From: Desulfurococcales archaeon
Lineage (GTDB): Archaea; Thermoproteota; Thermoprotei_A; Sulfolobales; WAQK01
Assembly (NCBI GenBank): GCA_027083135.1
Contig: JALWQH010000023.1
Coordinates: forward strand, 543-64,542
Length of the DNA stretch: 64,000 nucleotides
Direction: 5' to 3'
The notes under the pieces are model-generated. The model was not told where the DNA came from. It made no database searches and saw nothing but the letters and a program-made list of their open reading frames with translations. A program made the translations under genes and the position numbers. Below are positions 50,410 through 59,740 of this stretch, piece after piece (position 1 is the first letter of the stretch; each line of letters begins with the position of its first letter).

Positions 50410-50631
50410 TTACACCTCCATGAAGGAGCACTTGTAGCCTGCTCTGCTCAGAGCTCTGAGGATCCCGTAGGCCTGGTTGCTCAGGACAACTATGTGTACA
50501 CGGCTCCCCAGGTAGATCCAGCGCGTTGCTGGGAGCCTGAGCAGCACGCGCTCCAGCCTATCCTTATCCCCATCGAAGCAGCATGCAATAGTCCTGAAGA
50601 ACTCGAGTTCAGGGTCACCCATCCCTCTCAA
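50410..50631 (-). CDS. Small viral protein
   Basis: RBS and translational coupling. Confidence 0.55.
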   Translation of the reverse strand: MRGMGDPELEFFRTIACCFDGDKDRLERVLLRLPATRWIYLGSRVHIVVLSNQAYGILRALSRAGYKCSFMEV

Positions 50632-50837
50632 CCTCCCGCTGGAATAGTTCTGAATATTTCCCTGAACTTGACTGGCTCAATGGTGAGCAGGCTTAGAAGC
50701 TCGTCGTAGAGCAGCAGCCATACTGTGTTTCCCTCTAGACGCATTATCCTCTTCTTCGCCGCAAAGTAGCCCGCAGCTACCAGCGCATTATCATGCACAA
50801 GCTCCATTCTCTCAAGATCATAGATCTCCACCTCCAC
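50628..50837 (-). CDS. Small viral protein
   Basis: RBS and translational coupling. Confidence 0.55.
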   Translation of the reverse strand: MEVEIYDLERMELVHDNALVAAGYFAAKKRIMRLEGNTVWLLLYDELLSLLTIEPVKFREIFRTIPAGG

Positions 50838-50839
50838 GG

Positions 50840-51157
50840 CTACTCGCCTCCATCAAGGCTGCTCAGAGCATCAGCCACCAGGCGGCCACGCTCAGTAAGC
50901 TCATTCCACACCACAGGCCTCCCAGAGACTGGCAGGGAGCCAGCATAGCGGCGTATAAGCCCCCTAGCCTCAGCCTCCGCCAAGAGCTGCTGGCCACGCT
51001 CCCAGCTCGAGAGAAGCCCCAGCAGCTGCCTAGTATACATCCTGCCACGCCTAAGCAGCACCAGGATCCTCCAAGCACCACTCCTAACACTCCAAACAGC
51101 ATCCCCAACAACCATCCTACAGCTAACCCCACGAACAACACTCCTACCCGCACTCAA
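50840..51157 (-). CDS. Winged-helix DNA-binding protein
   Basis: AEARGLIRR...WNELTERGR wing motif. Confidence 0.7.
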   Translation of the reverse strand: MSAGRSVVRGVSCRMVVGDAVWSVRSGAWRILVLLRRGRMYTRQLLGLLSSWERGQQLLAEAEARGLIRRYAGSLPVSGRPVVWNELTERGRLVADALSSLDGGE

Positions 51158-51309
51158 ACCACAACACCCCGCCTAGCAAGCACATAGCGAACCAGATACC
51201 CCTCAGGACCCAGCCTATCCAGAATCCTCCCCACAAGCCCAGGATCCTCCCTAGCCCTAGCCTCCAGCTCATCCAGCAGCCTAGAGAACTCGCTAGGCTC
51301 CTCAGGCAT
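51154..51309 (-). CDS. 51-aa viral protein (not in ORF track)
   Basis: MPEEPSEFSRLLDELEARAREDPG...; GGAGGTGG RBS; overlaps both neighbours. Confidence 0.55.
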   Translation of the reverse strand: MPEEPSEFSRLLDELEARAREDPGLVGRILDRLGPEGYLVRYVLARRGVVV

Positions 51310-51508
51310 TGGCTGCCACCTCCTCCACGAAGGCTAGAACTCGTTTTACCATGAAGCCACTGCCATCGGGAAGAGGCTCTAGGAGCAGAGGCTCTTTTTC
51401 CTGAAGTGCTAGCTCCTTGAAGAGTTCTTTAGGTATCAGGATATAGTAGCTCTTGTTCTGCGGGGCCCCTCGCCCCACGATTCTTGTGGGATATGCTTTC
51501 TTGGCCAA
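51302..51508 (-). CDS. AbrB/SpoVT-like regulator, first gene of the leftward early operon
   Basis: SYYILIPKELFKELAL; GGTGA RBS. Confidence 0.8.
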   Translation of the reverse strand: MAKKAYPTRIVGRGAPQNKSYYILIPKELFKELALQEKEPLLLEPLPDGSGFMVKRVLAFVEEVAANA

Positions 51509-51632
51509 TTTATCACCATTACTCTAATGCCAATAATGACATATAAGTATTATTGACATAAATGGGGTAAAGTCAATATGCCTAACTTATCCAAATAAAC
51601 GTAATTTTATAAAGAGGCCATCTAGATCCATA
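51509..51632. promoter_or_regulatory. Divergent promoter / putative lysogeny switch region
   Basis: AT-rich, TATA boxes on both strands; inverted repeats CAATAAT/ATTATTG (51531-51555) and TATTGAC/GTCAATA (51551-51578). Confidence 0.7.
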
Positions 51633-51815
51633 GTGATAATATTGGGAGAAGAGATCCATGTTGGAAGAGTAATTGAGAGAAGAGTAGGGCCCTACGCCTC
51701 CTTTTACCTAAACATCCCCAAGCCTATAGCACTAAAACTTAAAGTTAGAAAGGGAGATGTCTTCAAAATTGAAATAATTGATGAAAAAACCATAAAGGCT
51801 ACAAAGCTAACTTAA
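51633..51815 (+). CDS. AbrB/MazE-like regulator
   Basis: VGPYASFYLNIPKPIALKLKVRKGD. Confidence 0.85.
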   Translation: MIILGEEIHVGRVIERRVGPYASFYLNIPKPIALKLKVRKGDVFKIEIIDEKTIKATKLT

Positions 51816-51841
51816 CAAAAGCATGCAAAGAGGCAGCAGAC

Positions 51842-52033
51842 ATGGAGAAAACCAAATACTACATTGTGAGGATAACTGAGAAGAAGGTTGGGCCCTACAG
51901 CTCATTATATATGAACATCCCGAAAGAACTAGTCATGAGACTAAGCCTAAAGAAAGGAGACATAGTGAAAATAACCGTAATCGAGGAAGAGGGAAAGAGA
52001 AGCTTCAAATGCGAAAAGCTGGAGCTAAGCTAG
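51842..52033 (+). CDS. AbrB/MazE-like regulator, tandem paralog
   Basis: VGPYSSLYMNIPKELVMRLSLKKGD. Confidence 0.85.
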   Translation: MEKTKYYIVRITEKKVGPYSSLYMNIPKELVMRLSLKKGDIVKITVIEEEGKRSFKCEKLELS

Positions 52034-52294
52034 CCTACGCAGAAATCAGCACATATATCACCCAGCCTCTCCTCCAGCTCACCAAGCAGCTGAGCCAAAA
52101 CTATCAACGCATAAGTATCAATATGCTTCTCCTTATACAGCTCCCCAATCTCAGGCCAAACCTCCTCATCAATAAACGCCGACACCGCAACCCCCCATCC
52201 TAGAATCAACACTATATAAAGCGGAGAGACCAGGGTGAAAATATTCGGCAGGCAAAGTTTATTAGGTTGCATCCCTATATGTACATAGGGGTAT

Positions 52295-52633
52295 GTGGAT
52301 ATGGGGATACCTACTCCAAGAGAGCCTGAAAACATTAAGGAGCTGATCAGAACAATAAGGGCTAGAATGGGTGGTGAAGGCAGCAGAAGTGACATTGACT
52401 ATGACTCACTGTCTGTCTGGGGCTTCAATAAGCTGCCTAAGTATCTATGGGAGCAGTGGAAAACCGAGCTAAAGGAGAGAGGCATTACATGGCAGAAGTT
52501 CCTCAGAATATTGAAGCTTCATACATTAGACATGATACAATGGGCACTTAGAGATTCTCTATCATGGAGCGAACTAGTGGGGAAAATAGAAAAATCCATT
52601 GAAAACTATTCTAAAAGAGAGCAGAATATTTGA
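52295..52633 (+). CDS. Hypothetical protein
   Basis: 112 aa with protein-like composition. Confidence 0.65.
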   Translation: MDMGIPTPREPENIKELIRTIRARMGGEGSRSDIDYDSLSVWGFNKLPKYLWEQWKTELKERGITWQKFLRILKLHTLDMIQWALRDSLSWSELVGKIEKSIENYSKREQNI

Positions 52634-52703
52634 CGCTTACCTTATCTCTAAGGGCCTAGGAGTCCAGTAGCTTGCCTCTTGCATTAATAACTACTAGGCT
52701 CTC

Positions 52704-53888
52704 CTATATCGGTAGCTGTTCATGTATTGATGTAAGTATTCTGCTGGCCTCTTCGTCTGATTCTCCGCTCATCATGTCTATTGCTTCTATACGTCTCCTC
52801 CCCTTCTCCGCGATTTTACAGGCATAGTATGGGTAATATATTAGCCTGTAATCCTTGACTACTCCCTCCCAGAACACTTTAACCATGTTTTCAAGGCCGC
52901 TTAGATTTAGCTTGGGAGTTAAGATTGCTTCTTTACTGCTTTGCAGAGGCTTTAGAGGCAGCTGAGGCGCCAGTGTTCTCAGGGCTGCTGGATCAGGGAT
53001 CCTCTGTTTCAGAACATATATTCCTCGCCCACCCTGTGCAACCAGCCCTTTGATGACGAGGCCTTGAACTATTCTCCTAGCCTTGGATGTAGAGCATCCT
53101 AGAAATGCTGCTAGGCCTGAAGTAGTTATCTGGGGGCGTACTAGGAAGAGTTTAAGAGCCTTGGCTTCATCCTCAGTAAGCCTTGAGATACGCAGCACCC
53201 TCTCAACCCGTTTTCCAGTATAGTTGCAGAGGCTTCCATCCATAGCATCTACAAGTATTGCTGAATTAACTATTAGCTCCTTAGTCGTCCTCCTAAGCAC
53301 CCCCCTCGAGACATATATTTTTCCTTCAATATGGGCCTCATAGAATGGGTAAAATATAACGGCGCATTCCTCTATAGCTCCCTTCATACCGAGGAAACCC
53401 TTAAGCTTTCTTTCAACCACTAGCCTGCATTGTCCAGCCCCTATTCTCGGCTCCACGTAGAAGGCATTCTGGGGAGCCTTTGCCTCCTCTAATGGTATTT
53501 CGCCTAATAGTTCTCTCAGCTTCGCCTGATCCCATAGGTCTATGTTGTAGCCCGAGGCTGTTGAGACCGCGTCAGGCGTGAAGTAGGATGTTGTGACAAG
53601 TATTCCCCTATCTACTCCTAGGTCGTTCACCTCGCTTATGAGCTTCATAACTATATCCTTGTTGACAGGCTTATCGTAGGCCTTGCATTCAACTATTATC
53701 CTGGAGGTGTGGAGAGGAGCCTTATACTCAGCGTAGACATCTATCTGGTGCTTGACCCCTGAGCGCCCCACCAGCAAGGCATTATGCTTAGCATAGTACC
53801 CCTTAGCCTCGAAGAGCCTAGTAATAAGCTTCTCAAGCTCAACACCCTTCTCATAAGCCTTCTCATAAGCGTTCTCCAACACCCTCAC
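52704..53888 (-). CDS. Mrr-like restriction endonuclease fused to a wHTH-containing C-terminal region
   Basis: ELEKLITRLFEAKGY, HQIDV, IVECKAY, GILVTTSYFTPDA. Confidence 0.85.
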   Translation of the reverse strand: MRVLENAYEKAYEKGVELEKLITRLFEAKGYYAKHNALLVGRSGVKHQIDVYAEYKAPLHTSRIIVECKAYDKPVNKDIVMKLISEVNDLGVDRGILVTTSYFTPDAVSTASGYNIDLWDQAKLRELLGEIPLEEAKAPQNAFYVEPRIGAGQCRLVVERKLKGFLGMKGAIEECAVIFYPFYEAHIEGKIYVSRGVLRRTTKELIVNSAILVDAMDGSLCNYTGKRVERVLRISRLTEDEAKALKLFLVRPQITTSGLAAFLGCSTSKARRIVQGLVIKGLVAQGGRGIYVLKQRIPDPAALRTLAPQLPLKPLQSSKEAILTPKLNLSGLENMVKVFWEGVVKDYRLIYYPYYACKIAEKGRRRIEAIDMMSGESDEEASRILTSIHEQLPI

Positions 53889-54039
53889 TATTCCAAATAT
53901 AAAACACGAAGGAGAATTTAAAGGAATAACATCTCCAGAACACTACACAACGTTGATCCCAACTAATCGATAACAAAAACACCTCAAACCAAGCATTTAT
54001 GCTGAAACAAGCCTCTATAATTCAATGAAGGTGAAATAG

Positions 54040-54531
54040 GTGGCATTAAATCTCCTATACTTTGCACAGGTGGTGTTCGAAGGAGCAATGGTAATAGGCA
54101 CCTTCCTGATGGCTATCATGACAGGCCTTATGGCATTAGAAACCATGAAGGATAGAAGACTAAGATTAATAGAGAAGAGGTTGGACGAGTTCTATATGCC
54201 GCTCATAGAGCTCTTCTCCACGCCCGCCTTGAAAGATCAGAGATACGTTGAAAGGGTGAATAGAATAGTTATTGGTAAGCGGTATCTCAGCGGGCCTAGG
54301 ACTGCTAGGGTTTTACCTTCAACCTTCTCCCCTAAATTCCAGGTTGGTGGCCAAGAATACAAGCTGGGGGAAGAGGCTGGGACCTGGCGGAGGGTGGCTG
54401 ATGTTATCTGGGAGGAGGCGAAGAGCTATATCGAGCAATATTACCGCTTAGGAGGCATAAGGGACTACTCTCTGCCCAGGGAGAAGCCTAAGTGGCTGTT
54501 CTCAGAAAGTACTGGCTTTAAGGGAGCTTAA
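54040..54531 (+). CDS. N-terminally anchored hypothetical protein
   Basis: One TM followed by IEKRLDEFYMPL; GGTGA RBS. Confidence 0.7.
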   Translation: MALNLLYFAQVVFEGAMVIGTFLMAIMTGLMALETMKDRRLRLIEKRLDEFYMPLIELFSTPALKDQRYVERVNRIVIGKRYLSGPRTARVLPSTFSPKFQVGGQEYKLGEEAGTWRRVADVIWEEAKSYIEQYYRLGGIRDYSLPREKPKWLFSESTGFKGA

Positions 54532-54687
54532 GACTACTCGCATGAAACCCGGAGTTGCTCAGCAAGGATGTGGAATGGCCTGCTGAGGAAGGTGAAGTCT
54601 GCCTAAGAGGGCATTAGATGCTTTGCGGTGATTAATAGCCATGAATAGCTGTCGAAATAATAGTAAACTATGCAAGGCTTACGTTTT

Positions 54688-55545
54688 TTAACTGTTTATT
54701 TTGGGAAGATTCTTCAGCAGGTTTTCTAGTTCTTTCCATGTGAGTATTATTGCTGGGTAGGGTGTTTTTCCTTCTCTTTCCTTGGCTATTACTCGGCGGA
54801 TTTCTTCTAGCCTTGTCTTCTCGTGTGGTGGGACCAGGTATACTGGGATGAACTTTACGTGGGGGAGGCATTGGGCTATGTCGTCGTACTCTGAGCTGAA
54901 CTCCTTGGCTCGTTTCACCAGGTCTCTGCGTACGCCTGTCCTGACCTGTAGGGCTATTTCTACTCGGCGTGGATCAGGGGGTATGGCGGCGTCTACTTCG
55001 ATCTCCTTGCCTCCGCAGTGTATCTTTATCTTGCCGCAGGGGTGGCCGTGCTTCTCGGCGAGCTCTCTGACAGCTTCTTCTATGCGGGCCCGGTAGTGGC
55101 GTTTCTGGTGTTCCTCCCAGTTCTTGTAGAACTTATATATCACTGTTTCCAGGTGGAGGGGGTGTTTCAGGCTGCTTGACACGAGTTCTGCGAACCTGTA
55201 GGCTGTCCTCGTCTTCCTCCTGAAGGCCTCAGGCCTCCTCAAAGTGTAGACGTCGTCTATTCCTGCTAGGCGTTCAAGCTCCCTGACGCTGAAGCCGCAT
55301 ATCATGACGAAGAAGGGTATCATGACGCCGGGATCCCTCGCCATGAGCCCGTATATGTCTCTAGGGGAAGCCTTGTCGAATCTTATGAGCCCTGTCTCCT
55401 CCTCGTAGAGCCTTGATTCCACCAGTATTCCGCCGATCCTCCTAGCCATGTCGTCGAGGTCGGAGTAGAGGTGGGGGAGCTCCTCCTTATTTGGCCTCGG
55501 AATCCTGGCCAGGATGTCCTCCACCAGTCCTGCAGGCCTGCTCAT
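54688..55545 (-). CDS. Putative type II restriction endonuclease
   Basis: Coupled (ATGA overlap) to the MTase; EVDAAIP...IALQVR variant of PD-(D/E)XK. Confidence 0.65.
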   Translation of the reverse strand: MSRPAGLVEDILARIPRPNKEELPHLYSDLDDMARRIGGILVESRLYEEETGLIRFDKASPRDIYGLMARDPGVMIPFFVMICGFSVRELERLAGIDDVYTLRRPEAFRRKTRTAYRFAELVSSSLKHPLHLETVIYKFYKNWEEHQKRHYRARIEEAVRELAEKHGHPCGKIKIHCGGKEIEVDAAIPPDPRRVEIALQVRTGVRRDLVKRAKEFSSEYDDIAQCLPHVKFIPVYLVPPHEKTRLEEIRRVIAKEREGKTPYPAIILTWKELENLLKNLPKINS

Positions 55546-56978
55546 AGTAGTTGCCTCAGGCTAAGTGTTTTCACGCCCTTTGAATAAAGGCTTTCAGGGA
55601 TGGGCAGGTTTTTGAAGAGCGTGGCCTGTAGTCTGAGGTACCCGTTGGCCGCCCTCTGGGCATGCGCCTCGATCCACATCTCCACTTCTCTGCTGCTAAG
55701 GTATTCTAGGAGGCCTGGTATGATGGAGGGGTTGCGGGGGACAAGGTAGTAGACGTTGTGTCTGGGTATTATTCGTCCCTCAGGGTCCCACCAGAACCTG
55801 GGCTCCTTCTCCACGTCTCTCCAAAGGATCTTGGGCTTAGCCAGGGTCTTCATAGGCGGGTTTTCGTGGAAAGCATACCATTTCTTCCCAACGATCCTCA
55901 CGGCCCTCCTCTTCTCGAGCTCCCCTCTATGCCTCGCAAGGTATTCTAGGAGGGGCTTGGCCTCCTCTTCGCCTAGGAGCCGCCCCTCCCTGTCATAGGG
56001 GACGAGCATGACGTGCTTTAGCTTGGAGTAGTCTATGGGTCCCCCTGCCTTGAAGCGTGCCAGCTCCTCCCCGCTCACCGTGGGCCAGGCGTAGGGCCTG
56101 AGCTCCTCGGGGAGCATATCCCTCCTAACCACGAAGATGTTGTCTCTCCCCGTGGCTACTCCTGCGCTTATCCTGACGCATATTTCCCTGAGCCTGTGCT
56201 TGTACTGTTTGAGCCTGGTTGGCTGCAAGCGGACCATGGCTTCACCCAGCCAGGGCGACCCGTCCCTGGGTAGATACACAGTGGTTCTGGAGCCGTCTCT
56301 GAGGATGAAGGTTGTAGGGCCTGGAGCCTCCTTGTCCACCACTGTTACCGCGGGGTAGGCTAGTATTTCTCCGAAAGCCTCCTCCTCAACCAGCTCCACC
56401 TCCACCACATGGTGCTGGGCTAATAGTCTCCGCAGGGCTCGGGCAGAGTGGACGTATAGGTATTTCTCAGGCGTTATGAAGACCAGTCTGCCCCCAGGAT
56501 TGAGGAGCCTGAGAGCCTTCTCGAAGAACAACATGTAGGTGTCGAACCTGCCTGTAGCCGTCCTGTAGAGCCGCTTATACTTCTCCCTGAGATCCATGGG
56601 CAGCCTCTCAATCGAAATGTAGGGCGGGTTGCCTACAACATAGTCGAAGGCTCCGAGACCCTCTAGGAGGAGGAAGTCTCCCTGCACAATGGTCACATTG
56701 GACAGGTCCCTGTACCTCGCCCTACAGGCCCTAGCCATACCCGCATCTATCTCCACACCCACGATCCTAGGAGGCCTCACCCCCCTCCTCTCACACCACC
56801 GGAGAACACCGTCAATGAAGGCTCCAAGCCCGCAGCCTGGATCAAGAACCCTGTCCCCAGGCCTAGGAGCCTTCCCAGCAAACAGCTTCCCAACCATACG
56901 GTCAACTAGCCTCGGCGGCGTGAAAACCACACCCTCAGCAGCCCTGATCCTCTGCCTCCCCACAGCCATGCACCACAA
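55542..56978 (-). CDS. N6-adenine DNA methyltransferase, gamma class (TaqI/Eco57I-like)
   Basis: VFTPP, VLDPGCGLGAF (motif I), GNPPY (motif IV), C-terminal target recognition domain. Confidence 0.93.
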   Translation of the reverse strand: MWCMAVGRQRIRAAEGVVFTPPRLVDRMVGKLFAGKAPRPGDRVLDPGCGLGAFIDGVLRWCERRGVRPPRIVGVEIDAGMARACRARYRDLSNVTIVQGDFLLLEGLGAFDYVVGNPPYISIERLPMDLREKYKRLYRTATGRFDTYMLFFEKALRLLNPGGRLVFITPEKYLYVHSARALRRLLAQHHVVEVELVEEEAFGEILAYPAVTVVDKEAPGPTTFILRDGSRTTVYLPRDGSPWLGEAMVRLQPTRLKQYKHRLREICVRISAGVATGRDNIFVVRRDMLPEELRPYAWPTVSGEELARFKAGGPIDYSKLKHVMLVPYDREGRLLGEEEAKPLLEYLARHRGELEKRRAVRIVGKKWYAFHENPPMKTLAKPKILWRDVEKEPRFWWDPEGRIIPRHNVYYLVPRNPSIIPGLLEYLSSREVEMWIEAHAQRAANGYLRLQATLFKNLPIPESLYSKGVKTLSLRQLL

Positions 56979-57103
56979 GCAATCCTACATTCTTCACAGA
57001 GACTTAATACTAGCCGTATTTATAAGGGCCTCTAGGACTTAATTATTTAGTCCATAAATCTTTAATTATAACATGATATAGATCAGGGATACAGCAGGTC
57101 TAT

Positions 57104-57703
57104 GTGAAATGCTGGGTTGCCAAATATACTGAAGGTGGCCTAATAGTGTCCGGTGAACGGCTCGATATAGAGTGCCCTTACTGTGGAGCTATAATCAGCC
57201 TCTTCCTGAAGCCTAGAACTATAGAACTTCAGGGAAGTTTATCTACGGCTTCATTAGCAGTTAGTATTTCAGGAGGGCCGGTAGCCATATCCAGTATAGA
57301 TGTTTCCTGCAATTTTTGTGGAAGCCGGTACAGGTGGTACCGCATAGCTTCCCGGGATGTGGTTACCATGATAAGGTATACTGAGGCTTTTCTCGGCTGG
57401 CTCAAAAGATATAACCTGCCTCTAGAGAAGCTGGAATCATATATTATTGCCGTAGTTGAGCCCAAGACAAGCCGCTGGGCCCGGCTCAGGCATCCTTTCC
57501 GTAGAAGAAGGCATGGAGAAGCTCCCTTCAAGCTCGTGGAACTAGTCCTTAAGGTTGAGCGTGAGGGCCGTATCTACAGGGCCGCCGTGCCCGGCAAGCT
57601 CTACCTGAAGCCCCCATTTCACATAGATGTAGCTCCCGGCACCTGGATGACTGGCCCGCCTCCTGAGAGGCAAATCTCAAATAGCTTGGGGGAGGGGAAG
57701 TAA
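57104..57703 (+). CDS. Zn-ribbon hypothetical protein
   Basis: CPYC and CNFC pairs; first gene of a three-gene operon. Confidence 0.65.
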   Translation: MKCWVAKYTEGGLIVSGERLDIECPYCGAIISLFLKPRTIELQGSLSTASLAVSISGGPVAISSIDVSCNFCGSRYRWYRIASRDVVTMIRYTEAFLGWLKRYNLPLEKLESYIIAVVEPKTSRWARLRHPFRRRRHGEAPFKLVELVLKVEREGRIYRAAVPGKLYLKPPFHIDVAPGTWMTGPPPERQISNSLGEGK

Positions 57704-57704
57704 A

Positions 57705-58262
57705 ATGAGTGAAGAGGAACTCAGAATGACCCTATCCTATGAGGAAGCACTTAAAAAATACAAGGAGCTTCCCAAGCCTGTGTTAGGGCAGGACGAGCTC
57801 GTGCTGCTGCTCCTCGGCCTCCTTGACAAGCCAGTTAATGGCCGCACCGTGTTGATGAAGGAGCTCTTCCTGCTCCACGAGGAGCTCAAAAACAAGGTTC
57901 AAGTAGCCTCGCCTAGATTCTATCCTTATAAATACGGGCCCTTCAGCTCTGAGCTCCTCCTAGTCGTGGAGCTGCTAGAACGCTATGACTACATCTCAGT
58001 TAAGAATAGGCGTACACGCACGGCCACCAAGTATATGCTTACCAGTAAGGGAAGAAAAGCCGCTAAAGCTGTGATAGAGAGGCTCACCCGGATCCTGGGG
58101 GAAGGCTACATTGAGAAGCTTAAACAACTAAGAATTGGATGGGATCAGCTGGGACACCACGGCATATTAAACTACGTATATAAACTATACCCTGAGTATA
58201 GGGAGAAGTCGCTGCTTAAAGAGAAGTATCAACCCATGGACTGGGGGGTATCAGAGGCTTGA
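57705..58262 (+). CDS. Panacea/SocA (DUF4065)/YwgA-like antitoxin-type protein
   Basis: GRTVLMKELFL, FYPYKYGPFSSEL, YMLTSKG, YVYKLYPEY. Confidence 0.75.
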   Translation: MSEEELRMTLSYEEALKKYKELPKPVLGQDELVLLLLGLLDKPVNGRTVLMKELFLLHEELKNKVQVASPRFYPYKYGPFSSELLLVVELLERYDYISVKNRRTRTATKYMLTSKGRKAAKAVIERLTRILGEGYIEKLKQLRIGWDQLGHHGILNYVYKLYPEYREKSLLKEKYQPMDWGVSEA

Positions 58263-59551
58263 TTGAAGTAAAAGTGAGAAGCATCGTTGAAGAAGGCCCT
58301 GGATTCGCCAGAACCGCTGAGATAACCATAGATAATATACGGATAGAGACGCCGAGCAGAGTCTTGGTGCGCACGGATCTTAACGCTAAAAGAAGCGTGC
58401 CGACGCAAATAGTCCTGGAAAACAAGCTTGTTCTTCTAAACATACCGCTAAGCGCCTTAACCCTTGCAGGAGCACCATCTGATAAGGCTGACCTTCACCT
58501 ATACAGGGCTGTCAGGGAGCTGGAAAGATTATACGGAGATCTCTATGGGATTCATGGGCTAATACCCTACCTTTATCCCAGCGGCAAGGGTTCTGAGACT
58601 TTCCTGAAAAGCGTTAGGCATGTGAGAGAATTTGTTTTAAGACAGCTACCAATGTTGCTGGGAGCTCCAAGAGATTATCGTTTCACAACAGTGCTTATCC
58701 CGCCTTTAGGAGTGCCTCTCCATGAATACAGGGATCTGCTTAAAAACGCGGCAAAACGGTTTGAACAGCTAGGGATCGAGATCATCCCAGTGCTCGATAT
58801 AGGCCTAGGAACCAAGAAGTTCATCCCCCTGTTAGACTACGTTGTCAACGAGTTGGATGCCCGTATGGTCTGCATAAAATACAGGGAGATAACCAGCCAC
58901 TTAACGGCTTATCAGCATCTGCAAAACTTCATGGATAGAAGCGTAGGCTTCATGTACATAGACGTACCCAGACACTATGACTTCGCTGTAAAGGACTTTG
59001 CAATGACGCATCTCGTCCCACTGCTTGGCAGCGACCTTATAGCCCCGCATCTACCCTCATATAAGGGTAGATGGACCCCCCTAAGATTTACGCATGGAAG
59101 CTTCAGGCTTATGCATAGAAAAGAACTCAGACTTCCACCCATCTCAAAGCTACACCCGCAAACCCGGGTCAACCTTCTAGACGAACTCGAGATAAACTTT
59201 GACAGAGCCATGCTGTCAGGAATGAGGAGATTCATTGTGGAATACAAGCCCATAGAAAGGGATATGCTGAAAATAACAGAACTACAACAACAGGTAAAGG
59301 CGTTTAGAGAGAGGCAACGCCCTATACCCGACGAATTTAAGAAGGAACTGAGAAAACTTAGAGGTCGGCTGACAAGCCTCTATGCTTTGACGCGCATCCA
59401 GGAAGTTAAGGCCAGCACCAAGGAGTTCGGAACTCTTCGACACTATATGAAGTCAGGGGAAATGAAGGAATATACCCAGGATAGGCGTACACTTAGCAGG
59501 GCTATCCAGGTCCTCAGTGATCTTAGTAAGCAGTCTTCCTTATTCAAATGA
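58259..59551 (+). CDS. Hypothetical protein with a tRNA-guanine-transglycosylase-like N-terminus (TIM barrel candidate)
   Basis: FARTAEITIDNIRIETP resembles the TGT N-terminal motif; IIPVLD; no CxCxxC Zn site seen. Confidence 0.45.
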   Translation: MIEVKVRSIVEEGPGFARTAEITIDNIRIETPSRVLVRTDLNAKRSVPTQIVLENKLVLLNIPLSALTLAGAPSDKADLHLYRAVRELERLYGDLYGIHGLIPYLYPSGKGSETFLKSVRHVREFVLRQLPMLLGAPRDYRFTTVLIPPLGVPLHEYRDLLKNAAKRFEQLGIEIIPVLDIGLGTKKFIPLLDYVVNELDARMVCIKYREITSHLTAYQHLQNFMDRSVGFMYIDVPRHYDFAVKDFAMTHLVPLLGSDLIAPHLPSYKGRWTPLRFTHGSFRLMHRKELRLPPISKLHPQTRVNLLDELEINFDRAMLSGMRRFIVEYKPIERDMLKITELQQQVKAFRERQRPIPDEFKKELRKLRGRLTSLYALTRIQEVKASTKEFGTLRHYMKSGEMKEYTQDRRTLSRAIQVLSDLSKQSSLFK

Positions 59552-59740
59552 TGAAGACTTAGGCTTCCAATAAATCATGATTCACAGGCAAAGATAGTAG
59601 CCTGCTTGCTACACACATGCCTTACCCATACTACGTATTTTCGCTTATCCATCGCCTGTAGAACCTGCCGACTTTCACAATCAAATCCTTTCACGTTAAG
59701 ACTATCCTATCCATGGAAGGAAAAGTTTCTACATCCCAGG

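Noticed and set aside
54688-56978. Inferring the R-M recognition site from motif avoidance
   Set aside because: It cannot be counted reliably by eye; obvious candidates such as TCGA and CTCGAG occur repeatedly.
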